64,000 nucleotides of DNA from the NCBI GenBank assembly GCA_965655095.1, contig OZ296652.1, positions 42,594,001 to 42,658,000 on the forward strand, written 5' to 3'. Shown piece by piece: positions 26,234 through 40,200 of the stretch; position 1 is the stretch's first letter, and each line of letters opens with the position of its first letter. Made by a program: the position numbers and the translations under genes. This stretch comes from Haplodiscus bocki (lineage: Eukaryota). The notes below the pieces were generated by a model, which was not told the DNA's origin, made no database searches, and was given only the letters and a program-made list of their open reading frames with translations.

Positions 26234-26765
26234 ATATTTCATCTTGAATTTTTAAATTAATGTCGACCATATTAGCAAAAAGATACGAAAATCACATTTT
26301 TGAAACAAACTTCAAATTTAGACTAAATTGTTTGATATTTCGTTCAACCCTTCAATTTTGAGAGAATTGGGGAAAAACTTTCAAAATGCCGAAGACAACA
26401 ATTGTGTTTTTACGAATTCCCTTTTTCGCAATTATGTTACTCTTATTGAAAAAGGCGCCGAATCTGCGACAACGGGAATTTTTCAAAACTCAAATATCTG
26501 TTTCGGAGATGGAATCCAAACCCCCACCTTTCGTTCTGCCTCGATAGTCCCCGGCAAATCTCACGGAGATGTGGCAAACTTGCGGAGAAAAAAATCCATA
26601 AATTGAGTTAAAATTTTTTCTTATGAAATGAAATGAAAGAATTAGCGAGCACTGATGGCAAAAAAACAAATATCAGAAGGTAGAAAAAATCTCAGCCCCA
26701 GCGAGCAGAAAAAAATAAGAAGTCATGGAAAGCAAGCAGGTGAATTGAGAAATCTTTAATTTCAG

Positions 26766-26943
26766 GGTTCCAGAAACTGATTCACCCTTTGTGTGGAAAG
26801 CTCTGCAGATGAATTCACGAGGGAATACCCCGTATATGATAATGGATTTGAGGTACAAGACTGAGATTGATTTCATTCAGTTCTTGGATGTTATTGGTTA
26901 CCCTACAGTTGACAAGAACCTGCTTCGCTGTTCATTCTCACAA
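26766..26943 (+). CDS. Discoidin + Ig-like protein, exon 2
   Basis: tttaatttcag| acceptor, |gtaaaa donor; FVWKA...PYMIMDLRYKTEIDFIQF...SFSQ matches the F5/8C pattern W.A....WLQVDL...I..I. Confidence 0.8.
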
Positions 26944-27221
26944 GTAAAACGAAACTTTCCTCATCTCTGTCGAAGATTTGTCACTATGTTAGACAAGCGT
27001 TGTCAACTCCAATTAAGAATTCAAAACATTTCGGCCAACAAAACAAGAGTCTCTTTTTGAATATTTTACCCGTGGTGAGACATCACGAAAATTAAATCTG
27101 AGAAAAACATCAACACTAACCTTAATCATGGTCAAGTAGGGTAACTTATAGCGAAATTTTTGCTGTTCTTTCCCCAAAACTACTTTTGGAAAAGCATTTT
27201 CCAATCAGTGACTTATTTTAG

Positions 27222-27719
27222 CACGGTGAAACTTGGTCCACATCTGAGGTTTGCGCATGTCATCAATCCAGTGGCAATTTTGTCGGCCGATTTTTGAAGA
27301 TTGAACTCTTAAAAGGTGCAACAGGTGACGCAGAATCAGCTATCAGCGTTGCAATCAAAGGCAGAAAAGCTTCTATACCAAACCCTGAATCAAAAACTGT
27401 CGTGAGTGAACCATGCCACGGTACATTCGGATCTATTGACCTCGAGTTGACCTCTGATGACATCTTCACCAAATGTACTGACTTGCTGATCGATGTGCGG
27501 AAAACTGGTGGCGAGACATTCATAGACGATGACGTCATTTTGCAGGAGTTGGCTTTCGTTAACGTTGAGAAGGAGTCATTTGCTGATTATGGAAAATGTG
27601 TAATATCTTTTATTGTGGAGGCTTTCCAGGCTGAATTTAACGGGGAGTACACAGTGAGTGCGGTCGATCCAAATACTGGAGCTGTTATTGGATCAGCAAC
27701 TGGAACTCTCCAAGTATGA
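27222..27719 (+). CDS. Discoidin + Ig-like protein, exon 3 (end of discoidin domain, Ig-like domain, stop)
   Basis: ttattttag| acceptor phase 0; HGETWS...VGRFLKIEL...ISVAIKG (F5/8C end); FNGEYTVSAVD..GSATGTLQV* (Ig F/G strands); the three exons total 915 nt. Confidence 0.85.
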   Translation, partial: HGETWSTSEVCACHQSSGNFVGRFLKIELLKGATGDAESAISVAIKGRKASIPNPESKTVVSEPCHGTFGSIDLELTSDDIFTKCTDLLIDVRKTGGETFIDDDVILQELAFVNVEKESFADYGKCVISFIVEAFQAEFNGEYTVSAVDPNTGAVIGSATGTLQV

Positions 27720-27743
27720 ACCACATGACTGTGTTTACACGAA

Positions 27744-27749
27744 AATAAA
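27744..27749 (+). promoter_or_regulatory. Polyadenylation signal AATAAA
   Basis: 24 nt after the stop codon. Confidence 0.6.
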
Positions 27750-28042
27750 CTTTCTTCAGATATAAGTCCTTCATGGGTTATGAAATGTTTACGACCGAGG
27801 AAAAAAATTGAAAAAAAATCCCAAGTAATGACATCCCCCGGTTGTTTTGTTTTACCCTCGGGCTCTAAAATTAAGCAATCTTTTTTCCCGGAAAGATATT
27901 TCCAGCTTCAACTAAATCTTCCCGGAAACCTAATTATTTACAAAAACAATCTCGTGGGGGCAGTTTTTGCACATTGACTGAAAGGAAGAATGTGTACTGG
28001 AAACCGGATTATGCTTACTTTTCTAACCTGTCCAAAACTTGC

Positions 28043-28242
28043 NNNNNNNNNNNNNNNNNNNNNNNNNNNNNNNNNNNNNNNNNNNNNNNNNNNNNNNNNN
28101 NNNNNNNNNNNNNNNNNNNNNNNNNNNNNNNNNNNNNNNNNNNNNNNNNNNNNNNNNNNNNNNNNNNNNNNNNNNNNNNNNNNNNNNNNNNNNNNNNNNN
28201 NNNNNNNNNNNNNNNNNNNNNNNNNNNNNNNNNNNNNNNNNN
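28043..28242. other. Assembly gap (200 N)
   Basis: Run of n. Confidence 1.
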
Positions 28243-31231
28243 GTGTTTGGAATCTTCAAAAGAATTCGGAGTCCAAAAACATTTCATGGGTTTAAAAATT
28301 TCTTAGAACCAAATTTTTTTGCTAGTGAAAAAGCAAAGCATTCAAGATTCTCGCAAACTCTTGCCAGGAAACTCCGAAAACTGTTTTTGACGACTCCGAC
28401 CCCAGTTGCAATTTTACAGGTTTATTGCAGGTACTTTTCAAATGAAGTAACTCTTATCAGCTAGATTTGGTACAAATGAGTGATAATGAGACTTGAGAAT
28501 TTTGGCTCTCATTCTGTTTTTGGGGCTCGTTTGGCTTTGAAGTGCGTGAAGGAAACATAGGACGCGCAGCAGCATGATTAAGTTTATGTATTGGAAATCT
28601 CTGGCAGGCTTCAAATGGATGGTTGGGAGACTGATGACTCAGTTTCGGATCACAAGAAACTCCTCGCCCTGAATCATCTGCAATTTCGATGCCCGGGTTT
28701 CTGTGCTGGGCACTGGGAGGAGCGACAACTCACTTTCGCAGATTACGGACCTACCATAACTCTGGCTAAAAACAGGATTTTCCTCAGAAATTCCGTAATT
28801 TTCGCCCATAATGAAATAAATGAAAGATGAAAGTTTGCGTTTCTGGAATAAATCTCTGAGGATTCATTCTCTTTTTTGGATCTCTCGCTTGGTAAAAAGG
28901 GGGCGCTGATATGACGTTTCCCTCCATTATATTTTTCCATCTCTCTTTATATGCTCAGTAGGTGGAAAAAAACCGAAAATCGATTTTCGAGTTTTTCAAA
29001 ATTGTGCGGTGTTGTGAAAGTCGTTGCCGCAAGTCTATTAAATCTTCAATTGTTTTTGAGGTCTTGTGTAACGCTCCTTTTTACCTAAGAGAAAAGACAA
29101 TTACTGGGGTCGAAGAATATCGTGCATTAGTTTTTGATGCCGAAAAAAGTTGGTTTGGTTTCTGACTTCAAAATATGACCTTCCATCAATTTTACAGGGT
29201 AATCGACACACTTTGCATCGAAAGCGCCGTAAATTTGATCAATTGCCTTGACTTAACGTATGATTTACTGATTATTCAATGCTGATCCTATGAATTTTAA
29301 TTCCGATTAAGCTTTCCAGGAGGTTTTTGCCTTTTATTATTCCTTAATGGGCCAATACATTTTCACGATTAATGAAAAGTTGAGGGTCATTTTAAGCTCA
29401 ATTTTTTCAACGACTTTTGCGATTTGAGAAATGATCTACAGCTTTTTTGACCAAAAACTCTATTATTAGGCTTTCATCTTGTTTTGGTGCACCACTATCA
29501 CCACGCGTACTCCTCCAGAATTTTTAGTTTTATTTTCCACTAGTGACTCTTCGCTGCCATTTCGCACTCGAGCAGCCCCCACTTGTAGTAACATAGGAAT
29601 ACTGTTCGGCCTTTAGCGGAATGGGGTAGTAGGTAACATGTAATGCAGGTGAAATGAGTTACTTGAGGAAAGGTAGTCAGATTGAGTGAACGATATTTTG
29701 GGGTAGATTTGTGAAGCTTCAAAATTTCTTAATCAACTCACACTTATTGCAAAAACAGGTATATGAGAGCACTGTCCAAAGTTTTTCAAGTTGCAATACA
29801 TGGAAGCATACCAGTTAGCAATACAGTAACGTGTAACTCCATTGTCATTGTGTTTTTCTCAGTCCTAAAAAAACCACATCAAAGTTGAAATTTCAATAAG
29901 TTCCATACAGTATACAATGGCCCATCAAGAGTTTAGCAAAAATATCTTGATGAAGCACATTTCGGAAGAGAGTTAGGACTAGGTTTTCATGTATGGAATA
30001 TTAAATGTTCTCAGTTGTAGAATTTTCAGGAATGTAACTTCCAACTCGATTAAACCGTAGTACCACTGTCCACGAGACGGGGGACTGGCCGAGATCCACA
30101 AAATATTTATAACTCCAAAATTAATCAAAGGGAGATTCAACTTCGGAGGCGGTGGGGTTCTTCTGCAAAGGATATGCCTAACTCTGTAATTTCTATCGTT
30201 CAACTGAGAGGGGTGTCTCGTAGCTCTTTGACTGTTAGTTACGTAAATTGAAGAAATTTTAGTGTCTGGCAAAGAACTTGAATTATTTTCTCATAGACAA
30301 ATTTTCTCCGTCAATAAATACACCAATAATAAGATAATAACTGTCAACAACACAATAACTGCAGATAATATTACTGGTTCAGATTCTCACATCCAATAAT
30401 ATCAATAAATACTTCGATAAATACGTTTCACTCAATTAATCAAATAATAGCATCGAATAAATTGGAGACAATTTAGTACTATAACCTTCCGTTGATAGTC
30501 AGTAAATCTCTCACTTATACCGGAAATGGATCGAACACCAAAACCACAACTCAACAAGTAATAAACGAAGAATTTCAAATCTCATTAGACTTTCGAACGA
30601 AGAATTAATCGAAACTAACAGCCCCGGACTGTTCAACAATATTTCTCAAAATTACGATTTCCCAACTTCAGTCCTCGACTAAGTTGAAGAAAACAACAAA
30701 CGGCTTTAAGCAAAGTAGCAACTGCCTGGCAATTCAACTCACTTTTTTTTGGCAGCGTTTAGGGACACTCCTTTCGCTTACGGCACTCTTGGTTTCGTAT
30801 TTTTACCGCTAGGGCTATTTTCCGCCTTGTTATTATTCATCCGGTTAATCGTATCCAATAATTCATAAAATGACTTATCAATTTTTCGCTAGTTAATTCG
30901 TTTATTTCACTTCGGTATTACAATCATCAGTTTTGGTACTACTAGGTGTTTATTCTCTCTGCTTACGTCAGCTATGATTAATTGATTTTGGTCGTATCCA
31001 CTGGCAAAACGGGGGTGGTAAAAAAATGAGTAAGAAAATACCTCTTCGTTTCCATTCGTTTATGTCACCATCTTGATTGACAACCTCTTTCGGCTGATGT
31101 GTCAGCTTTTCTATTCGTCGTGCGTGACCAAGTACTTCCAAAATAAGTGGTTAAAATATCTTTCCTAACCATTCCCGTTATAATATCCATGCAAAAACAA
31201 ATGTCCGAAAAAAGGCGTAATTTCTGTCTAA

Positions 31232-34200
31232 AATTCAATAATTAATTGCGTCTATCATATACGTCCTAAATATAAAATGAGCATATCATTACACGTGACA
31301 TTCAATGTAGTTTTTAGCAATGTATTTTTTTTGTAGTTTTTTTTATTATTCTTGGTCGAAAACTGCGATTTCCTGAAAGTAGTCAAAACTCCATATCCGA
31401 AAAATCGATTTTTGGTCAATTTGAGGTCGTTTTTCTCAACGTATAACTTTTTCCCAGGGCGGGAGTGGTATTTTCCTGCTAGCACACTCAAGTAAAAGTA
31501 TTTTAACGAAAAGATGGGCCCTCTAGCTGGTCTAAAAAAAAGATATTTATTTTTCCGCAAAAGTACCGATTTTGGCCATTTTTGACTACCTGGGTCCACT
31601 TTCAAAGTCGATTTTCTCAATGTACAGGCAAAATTTCAAAAAATCTTTGGTCAGTTTCCTGGGGGAGGTTGTTAGGAACATTGTGTTTAATTTTCAGCTT
31701 TCTATCTTCAAAAAGGTGCGGGGGGGGGTAGCCGTTTTGCAAGTCGACTTTTTCCAAAATCCGTGATTTTAGCTAGTTGCACTTTTGTGGGGCGGCCATT
31801 TGTAGCTTGCTGCGCTTGTTCTATTGTTATTTTCCATTCCTCCTAATAACAAGCTTTCAATCGCTGTTATTATGGCCGATTTTTATTGGATATTCGTTAA
31901 CTAATGGGCGAAAAACTTCGATTTTTGACGATTTTATGCTATTTTGGGCGTTTTTTGGCGATTTCTTACTCAGTTCTCCAAAATGGCTGATTATAATCAA
32001 TTCATCTTTTCAGGGACATTTGTCCATTCAAGTATCTTCCGTTTAAGACTAATATGAGTTTTTTTTGATGCGAGGTTCGCTCAGAATGAATTTTTAACTG
32101 AAGTCACTTTGGCAATTTATGGAATGCACTTTCTGTTTGCTACCATTTTTCAATAATTTCAATTCGTCCGATTTTGCTCATATTCCAAACTTAAGTTTTC
32201 CTATGGATGTAATCTACAATGGTGAAAACTGTTTGCCGATATCTTTTTTCATCTTTGAGAAATAAGCAAGCAAACATTGGGGAACACTAAAAAAACAGGT
32301 CTAATTTTGAGCAACGAGAGCGTAAATATGCTAATACGTGGGGTGGTGGCGGCCGTGCGCGTGGTCAAAATTCACTCCAAAAGCACTCCTATTGTATTCT
32401 TTTTGTATTCATAACACTTTTTTTCCACTCCGCTTTCACTTTTATGCGCTTCTAAAGTTGCAACTGAACTGTGAAATCACAATTTTACCATTTTTCGGAC
32501 CGTAATAATTTTCGTTTTATTTTTTCGACAACTTTTAATTTTCAGAATGCGGTGAAAATCACCCAAATTGTTCGTCTTGGAATGTAGTTTTCATTGGTGA
32601 AAACCGTTTTGCTCTATCTATAATAGTCTTCGAGAAAATGGACGTCAAATTTGGGGTTCGAAATAGACCTACTTTTAAAATTTAGGCTGCTGTTGCTTTG
32701 CTATGTTAATACACGTAACAAGGTCGTTCCAAAATAACTAATACTTGCTCCATGGCTTGTGCACATTCCAACGTAGTGCTTATTCAGTTCAATATTCACT
32801 TTTCACGTATCATTCTCACTGCTAAATTTCAATCAATTCAATAATTAATTGCGTCTATCATATATGTCCTAAATATAAAATGAGCACATCATTACACGCG
32901 ATAATTAATGTAATTTTTGGCAATGTATACTTTTTATAGTTATTTTTAATATTCTTGGTCGAAAACTGCGATTTTCTGAAAGTAGTCAAAATTCCATATC
33001 CGAAAAATCGATTTTTGGTCAATTTGAGGTCGTTTTTCTCAACGTATAATTTTTTCCCAGGGCGGGAGGGGTATTTTCCTGCTAGCACACTCAAGTAAAA
33101 GTATTTTAACGAAAAGTTGGGCCCTCTAGCTGGTCTCAAAAAAAAGATATTTATTTTTCCCCAAAAGTACCGATTTTGGCCATTTTTGACTACCTGGGTC
33201 CACTTTCAAAGTCGATTTTCTCAACGTACAGGCAAAATTTCAAAAAATCTTTGGTCAGTTTCCTGGGGGAGGTTGTTAGGAACATTGTGTTTAATTTTCA
33301 GCTTTCTATCTTCAAAAAGGTGCGGGGGGGTAGCCGTTTTGCAAGTCGACATTTTCCAAAATCCGTGATTTTAGCTAGTTGCACTTTTGTGGGGCGGCCA
33401 TTTGTAGCTTGCTGCGCTTGTTCTATTGTTATTTTCCATTCCTCCTAATAACAAGCTTTCAATCGCTGTTATTATGGCCGATTTTTATTGGATATTCGTT
33501 AACTAATGGGAGAAAAACTTCGATTTTTGACGATTTTATGCTATTTTGGGCGTTTTTTGGCGATTTCTTACTCAGTTCTCCAAAATGGCTGATTATAATC
33601 AATTCATCTTTTCATGGACATTTGTCCGTTCAAGTATCTTCCGTTTAAGACTAATATGAGTTTTTTCTGATGCGAGGTTCGCTCAGAATGAATTTTTAAC
33701 TGAAGTCACTTTGGCAATTTATGGAATGCACTTTCTGTTTGCTACCATTTTTCAATAATTTCAATTCGTCCGATTTTGCTCATGTTCCAAACTTAAGTTT
33801 TCCTATGGATTTAATTTACAATGGTGAAAACTGTTTGCCGATATCTTTTTTCATCTTTGAGAAATAAGCAAGCAAACATTGGGGAACACTAAAAAAACAG
33901 GTCTAATTTTGAGCAGCGAGAGCGTAAATATGCTAATACGTGGGGTGGTGGCGGCCGTGCGCGTGGTCAAAATTCACTCCAAAAGCACTCCTATTGTATT
34001 CTTTTTGTATTCATAACACTTTGTTTCCACTCCGCTTTCACTTTTATGCGCTTCTAAAGTTGCAACTGAACTGTGAAATCACAATTTTACCATTTTTCGG
34101 ACCGTAATAATTTTCGTTTTATTTTTTCGACAAATTTTAATTTTCAGAATGCGGTGAAAATCACCCAAATTGTTCGTCTTGGAATGTAATTTTCATTGGT

Positions 34201-37200
34201 GAAAACCGTTTTGCTCTATCTATAATAGTGTTCGAGAAAATGTACGTCAAATTTGGGGTTCGAAATAGACCTACTTTTAAAATTTAGGCTGCTGTTGCTT
34301 TGCTATGTTAATACACGTAACAAGGTCGTTCCAAAATAACTAATACTTGCTCCATGGCTTGTGCACATTCCAACGTAGTGCTTATTCAGTTCAATATTCA
34401 CTTTTCACGTATCATTCTCACTGCTAAATTTCACTCAATTCAATAATTAATTGCGTCTATCATATATGTCCTAAATATAAAATGAGCACATCATTACACG
34501 CGATAAGTAATGTAATTTTTGGCAATGTATACTTTTTATAGTTATTTTTAATATTCTTGGTCGAAAACTGCGATTTTCTGAAAGTAGTCAAAATTCCATA
34601 TCCGAAAAATCGATTTTTGGTCAATTTGAGGTCGTTTTTCTCAACGTATAATTTTTTCCCAGGGCGGGAGTGGTATTTTCCTGTTAGCACACTCAAGTAA
34701 AAGTATTTTAACGAAATATGAGCTCTCTAGCTGGTCTCAAAAAAAGATATTCAATTTTCCGCAAAAGTACCGATTTTGGCCATTTTTGACTACCTGGGTC
34801 CACCTTCAAAGTCGATTTTCTCAACGTACAGGCAAAATTTCGAAAAATCTTTGGTCAGTTTCCTGGGGGAGGTTGTTAGAAACATTGTGTTAAATTTTCA
34901 GCTTTCTATCTTCAAAAAGGTGCGGGGGGTAGCCGTTTTGCAAGTCGACAATTTCCAAAATCCGTGATTTTAGCTAGTTGCAATTTTGTGGGGCGGCCAT
35001 TTGTAGCTTGCTGCGCTTGTTCTATTGTTCTTTTCCTTTCTTCCTAATATTAAGCTTTCAATCGCTGTTATTGTGGTCGATTTTTATTGGACATTCGTTA
35101 ACTAATGGGCGAAAAACTTCGATTTTTGACGATTTTAGGCTATTTTGGGCGTTTTTTGGCGATTTCTTACTCAGTTCTCCAAAATGGCTGATTATAATCA
35201 ATTCATCTTTTCAGGGACATTTGTCCATTCAAATATCTTCCGTTTAAGACTAATATGAGCTTTTTCTGATGCGAGGTTCGCTCAGAATGAATTTTTAACT
35301 GAAGTCACTTTGGCAATTTATGGAATGCACTTTCTGTTTGCTACCATTTTTCAATAATTTCAATTCGTCCGATTTTGCTCATATTCCAAACTTAAGTTTT
35401 CCTATGGATGTAATTTACAATGGTGAAAACTGTTTGCCGATATCTTTTTTCATCTTTGGGAAATAAGCAAGCAAACATTGGGGAACACTAAAAAAACAGG
35501 TCTAATTTTGAGCAGCGAGAGCGTAAATATGCTAATACGTGGGGGTGGTGGCGGCCGTGCGCGTGGTCAAAATTCACTCCAAAAGCACTCCTATTGTATT
35601 CTTTTTGTATTCATAACACTTTGTTTCCACTCCGCTTTCAATTTTATGCGCTTCTAAAGTTGCAACTGAACTGTGAAATCACAATTTTACCATTTTTCGA
35701 ACCGTAATAATTTTCGTTTTATTTTTTCGACAACTTTTAATTTTCAGAATGCGGTGAAAATCACCCAAATTGTTCGTCTTGGAATGTAGTTTTCATTGGT
35801 GAAAACCGTTTTGCTCTATCTATAATAGTCTTCGAGAAAATGGACGTCAAATTTGGGGTTCGAAATAGACCTACTTTTAAAATTTAGGCTGCTGTTGCTT
35901 TGCTATGTTAATACACGTAACAAGGTCGTTCCAAAATAACTAATACTTGCTCCATGGCTTGTGCACATTCCAACGTAGTGCTTATTCAGTTCAATATTCA
36001 CTTTTCACGTATCATTCTCACTGCTAAATTTCACTCAATTCAATAATTAATTGCGTCTATCATATATGTCCTAAATATAAAATGAGCACATCATTACACG
36101 CGATAATTAATGTAATTTTTGGCAATGTATACTTTTTATAGTTATTTTTAATATTCTTGGTCGAAAACTGCGATTTTCTGAAAGTAGTCAAAATTCCATA
36201 TCCGAAAAATCGATTTTTGGTCAATTTGAGGTCGTTTTTCTCAACGTATAATTTTTTCCCAGGGCGGGAGTGGTATTTTCCTGTTAGCACACTCAAGTAA
36301 AAGTATTTTAACGAAATATGAGCTCTCTAGCTGGTCTCAAAAAAAGATATTCAATTTTCCGCAAAAGTACCGATTTTGGCCATTTTTGACTACCTGGGTC
36401 CACCTTCAAAGTCGATTTTCTCAACGTACAGGCAAAATTTCGAAAAATCTTTGGTCAGTTTCCTGGGGGAGGTTGTTAGAAACATTGTGTTAAATTTTCA
36501 GCTTTCTATCTTCAAAAAGGTGCGGGGGGTAGCCGTTTTGCAAGTCGACAATTTCCAAAATCCGTGATTTTAGCTAGTTGCAATTTTGTGGGGCGGCCAT
36601 TTGTAGCTTGCTGCGCTTGTTCTATTGTTCTTTTCCTTTCTTCCTAATATTAAGCTTTCAATCGCTGTTATTGTGGTCGATTTTTATTGGACATTCGTTA
36701 ACTAATAAGCGAAAAACTTCGATTTTTGACGATTTTAGGCTATTTTGGGCGTTTTTTGGCGATTTCTTACTCAGTTCTCCAAAATGGCTGCTTATAATCA
36801 ATTCATCTTTTCAGGTACATTAGTCCATTCAAATATCTTCCGTTTAAGACAAACGTGAACTTTTTCTGATGCGTGGTTCGCTCAGAATAAATTTTTAACT
36901 GAAGTCAATTTGGCATTTTCTGGAGTGCACTTTCTGTGTGCTACAATTTTTCAATATCCTAAATTCGTCCGATTTTGCTCATATTCCAAACTTAAGTTTT
37001 CCTATGGATGTAGTTTACAATGGTGAAAACTGTTTGCCGATATCTTTTTTCATGTTTGAGAAATAAGCAAGCAAACATTGGGGAACACTAAAAAAACATG
37101 TCTAATTTTGAGCAGCGAGAGCGTAAATATGCTAATACGTGGGGTGGTGGCGGCCGTGCGCGTGGTCAAAATTCACTCCAAAAGCACTCCTTTTGTATTC

Positions 37201-40200
37201 TTTTTGTATTCATAACACTTTGTTTCCACTCCGCTTTCACTTTTATGCGCTTCTAAAGTTGCAACTGAACTGTGAAATCACAATTTTACCATTTTTCGGA
37301 CCGTAATAATTTTCGTTTTATTTTTTCGACAACTTTTAATTTTCAGAATGCGGTGAAAATCACCCAAATTGTTCGTCTTGGAATGTAATTTTCATTGGTG
37401 AAAACCGTTTTGCTCTATCTATAATAGTCTTCGAGAAAATGGACGTCAAATTTGGGGTTCGAAATAGACCTACTTTTAAAATTTAGGCTGCTGTTGCTTT
37501 GCTATGTTAATACACGTAACAAGGTCGTTCCAAAATAACTAATACTTGCTCCATGGCTTGTGCACATTCCAACGTAGTGCTTATTCAGTTCAATATTCAC
37601 TTTTCACGTATCATTCTCACTGCTAAATTTCACTCAATTCAATAATTAATTGCGTCTATCATATATGTCCTAAATATAAAATGAGCACATCATTACACGC
37701 GATAATTAATGTAATTTTTGGCAATGTATACTTTTTATAGTTATTTTTAATATTCTTGGTCGAAAACTGCGATTTTCTGAAAGTAGTCAAAATTCCATAT
37801 CCGAAAAATCGATTTTTGGTCAATTTGAGGTCGTTTTTCTCAACGTATAATTTTTTCCCAGGGCGGGAGTGGTATTTTCCTGTTAGCACACTCCAGTAAA
37901 AGTATTTTAACGAAATATGAGCTCTCTAGCTGGTCTCAAAAAAAGATATTCATTTTTCCGCAAAAGTACCGATTTCGGCCATTTTTGACTACCTGGGTCC
38001 ACCTTCAAAGTCGATTTTCTCAACGTACAGGCAAAATTTCGAAAAATCTTTGGTCAGTTTCCTGGGGGAGGTTGTTAGAAACATTGTGTTAAATTTTCAG
38101 CTTTCTATCTTCAAAAAGGTGCGGGGGGGTAGCCGTTTTGCAAGTCGACAATTTCCAAAATCCGTGATTTTAGCTAGTTGCAATTTTGTGGGGCGGCCAT
38201 TTGTAGCTTGCTGCGCTTGTTCTGTTGTTCTTTTCCTTTCTTCCTAATATTAAGCTTTCAATCGCTGTTATTGTGGTCGATTTTTATTGGACATTCGTTA
38301 ACTAATAAGCGAAAAACTTCGATTTTTGACGATTTTAGGCTATTTTGGGCGTTTTTTGGCGATTTCTTACTCAGTTCTCCAAAATGGCTGAATATAATCA
38401 ATTCATCTTTTCAGGGACATTTGTCCATTCAAATATCTTCCGTTTAAGACTAATATGAGCTTTTTCTGATGCGAGGTTCGCTCAGAATGAATTTTTAACT
38501 GAAGTCACTTTGGCAATTTATGGAATGCACTTTCTGTTTGCTACCATTTTTCAATAATTTCAATTCGTCCGATTTTGCTCATATTCCAAACTTAAGTTTT
38601 CCTATGGATGTAATTTACAATGGTGAAAACTGTTTGCCGATATCTTTTTTCATCTTTGGGAAATAAGCAAGCAAACATTGGGGAACACTAAAAAAACAGG
38701 TCTAATTTTGAGCAGCGAGAGCGTAAATATGCTAATACGTGGGGTGGTGGCGGCCGTGCGCGTGGTCAAAATTCACTCCAAAAGCACTCCTATTGTATTC
38801 TTTTTGTATTCATAACACTTTGTTTCCACTCCGCTTTCACTTTTATGCGCTTTTAAAGTTGCAACTGAACTGTGAAATCACAATTTTACCATTTTTCGAA
38901 CCGTAATAATTTTCGTTTTATTTTTTCGACAACTTTTAATTTTCAGAATGCGGTGAAAATCACCCAAATTGTTCGTCTTGGAATGTAGTTTTCATTGGTG
39001 AAAACCGTTTTGCTCTATCTATAATAGTCTTCGAGAAAATGGACGTCAAATTTGGGGTTCGAAATAGACCTACTTTTAAAATTTAGGCTGCTGTTGCTTT
39101 GCTATGTTAATACACGTAACAAGGTCGTTCCAAAATAACTAATACTTGCTCCATGGCTTGTGCACATTCCAACGTAGTGCTTATTCAGTTCAATATTCAC
39201 TTTTCACGTATCATTCTCACTGCTAAATTTCACTCAATTCAATAATTAATTGCGTCTATCATATATGTCCTAAATATAAAATGAGCACATCATTACACGC
39301 GATAATTAATGTAATTTTTGGCAATGTATACTTTTTATAGTTATTTTTAATATTCTTGGTCGAAAACTGCGATTTTCTGAAAGTAGTCAAAATTCCATAT
39401 CCGAAAAATCGATTTTTGGTCAATTTGAGGTCGTTTTTCTCAACGTATAATTTTTTTCCCAGGGCGGGAGTGGTATTTTCCTGTTAGCACACTCAAGTAA
39501 AAGTATTTTAACGAAATATGAGCTCTCTAGCTGGTCTCAAAAAAAGATATTCAATTTTCCGCAAAAGTACCGATTTTGGCCATTTTTGACTACCTGGGTC
39601 CACCTTCAAAGTCGATTTTCTCAACGTACAGGCAAAATTTCGAAAAATCTTTGGTCAGTTTCCTGGGGGAGGTTGTTAGAAACATTGTGTTAAATTTTCA
39701 GCTTTCTATCTTCAAAAAGGTGCGGGGGGGTAGCCGTTTTGCAAGTCGACAATTTCCAAAATCCGTGATTTTAGCTAGTTGCAATTTTGTGGGGCGGCCA
39801 TTTGTAGCTTGCTGCGCTTGTTCTATTGTTCTTTTCCTTTCTTCCTAATATTAAGCTTTCAATCGCTGTTATTGTGGTCGATTTTTATTGGACATTCGTT
39901 AACTAATAAGCGAAAAACTTCGATTTTTGACGATTTTAGGCTATTTTGGGCGTTTTTTGGCGATTTCTTACTCAGTTCTCCAAAATGGCTGCTTATAATC
40001 AATTCATCTTTTCAGGTACATTAGTCCATTCACATATCTTCCGTTTAAGACAAACGTGAACTTTTTCTGATGCGTGGTTCGCTCAGAATAAATTTTTAAC
40101 TGAAGTCAATTTGGCATTTTCTGGAGTGCACTTTCTGTGTGCTACAATTTTTCAATATCCTAAATTCGTCCGATTTTGCTCATATTCCAAACTTAAGTTT

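Noticed and set aside
27974-28464. ORFs spanning X runs
   Set aside because: Artefacts of the 200-N gap
29-30392. TGA reassignment or mitochondrial insertion suggested by several in-frame TGAs
   Set aside because: Both well-supported genes end in TGA followed by polyA signals; no mitochondrial gene is recognisable
32905-32925. Sm site (AATTTTTGG) suggesting an SL RNA or snRNA repeat
   Set aside because: Not conserved in unit 1; no leader, donor or snRNA structure; common by chance in AT-rich DNA
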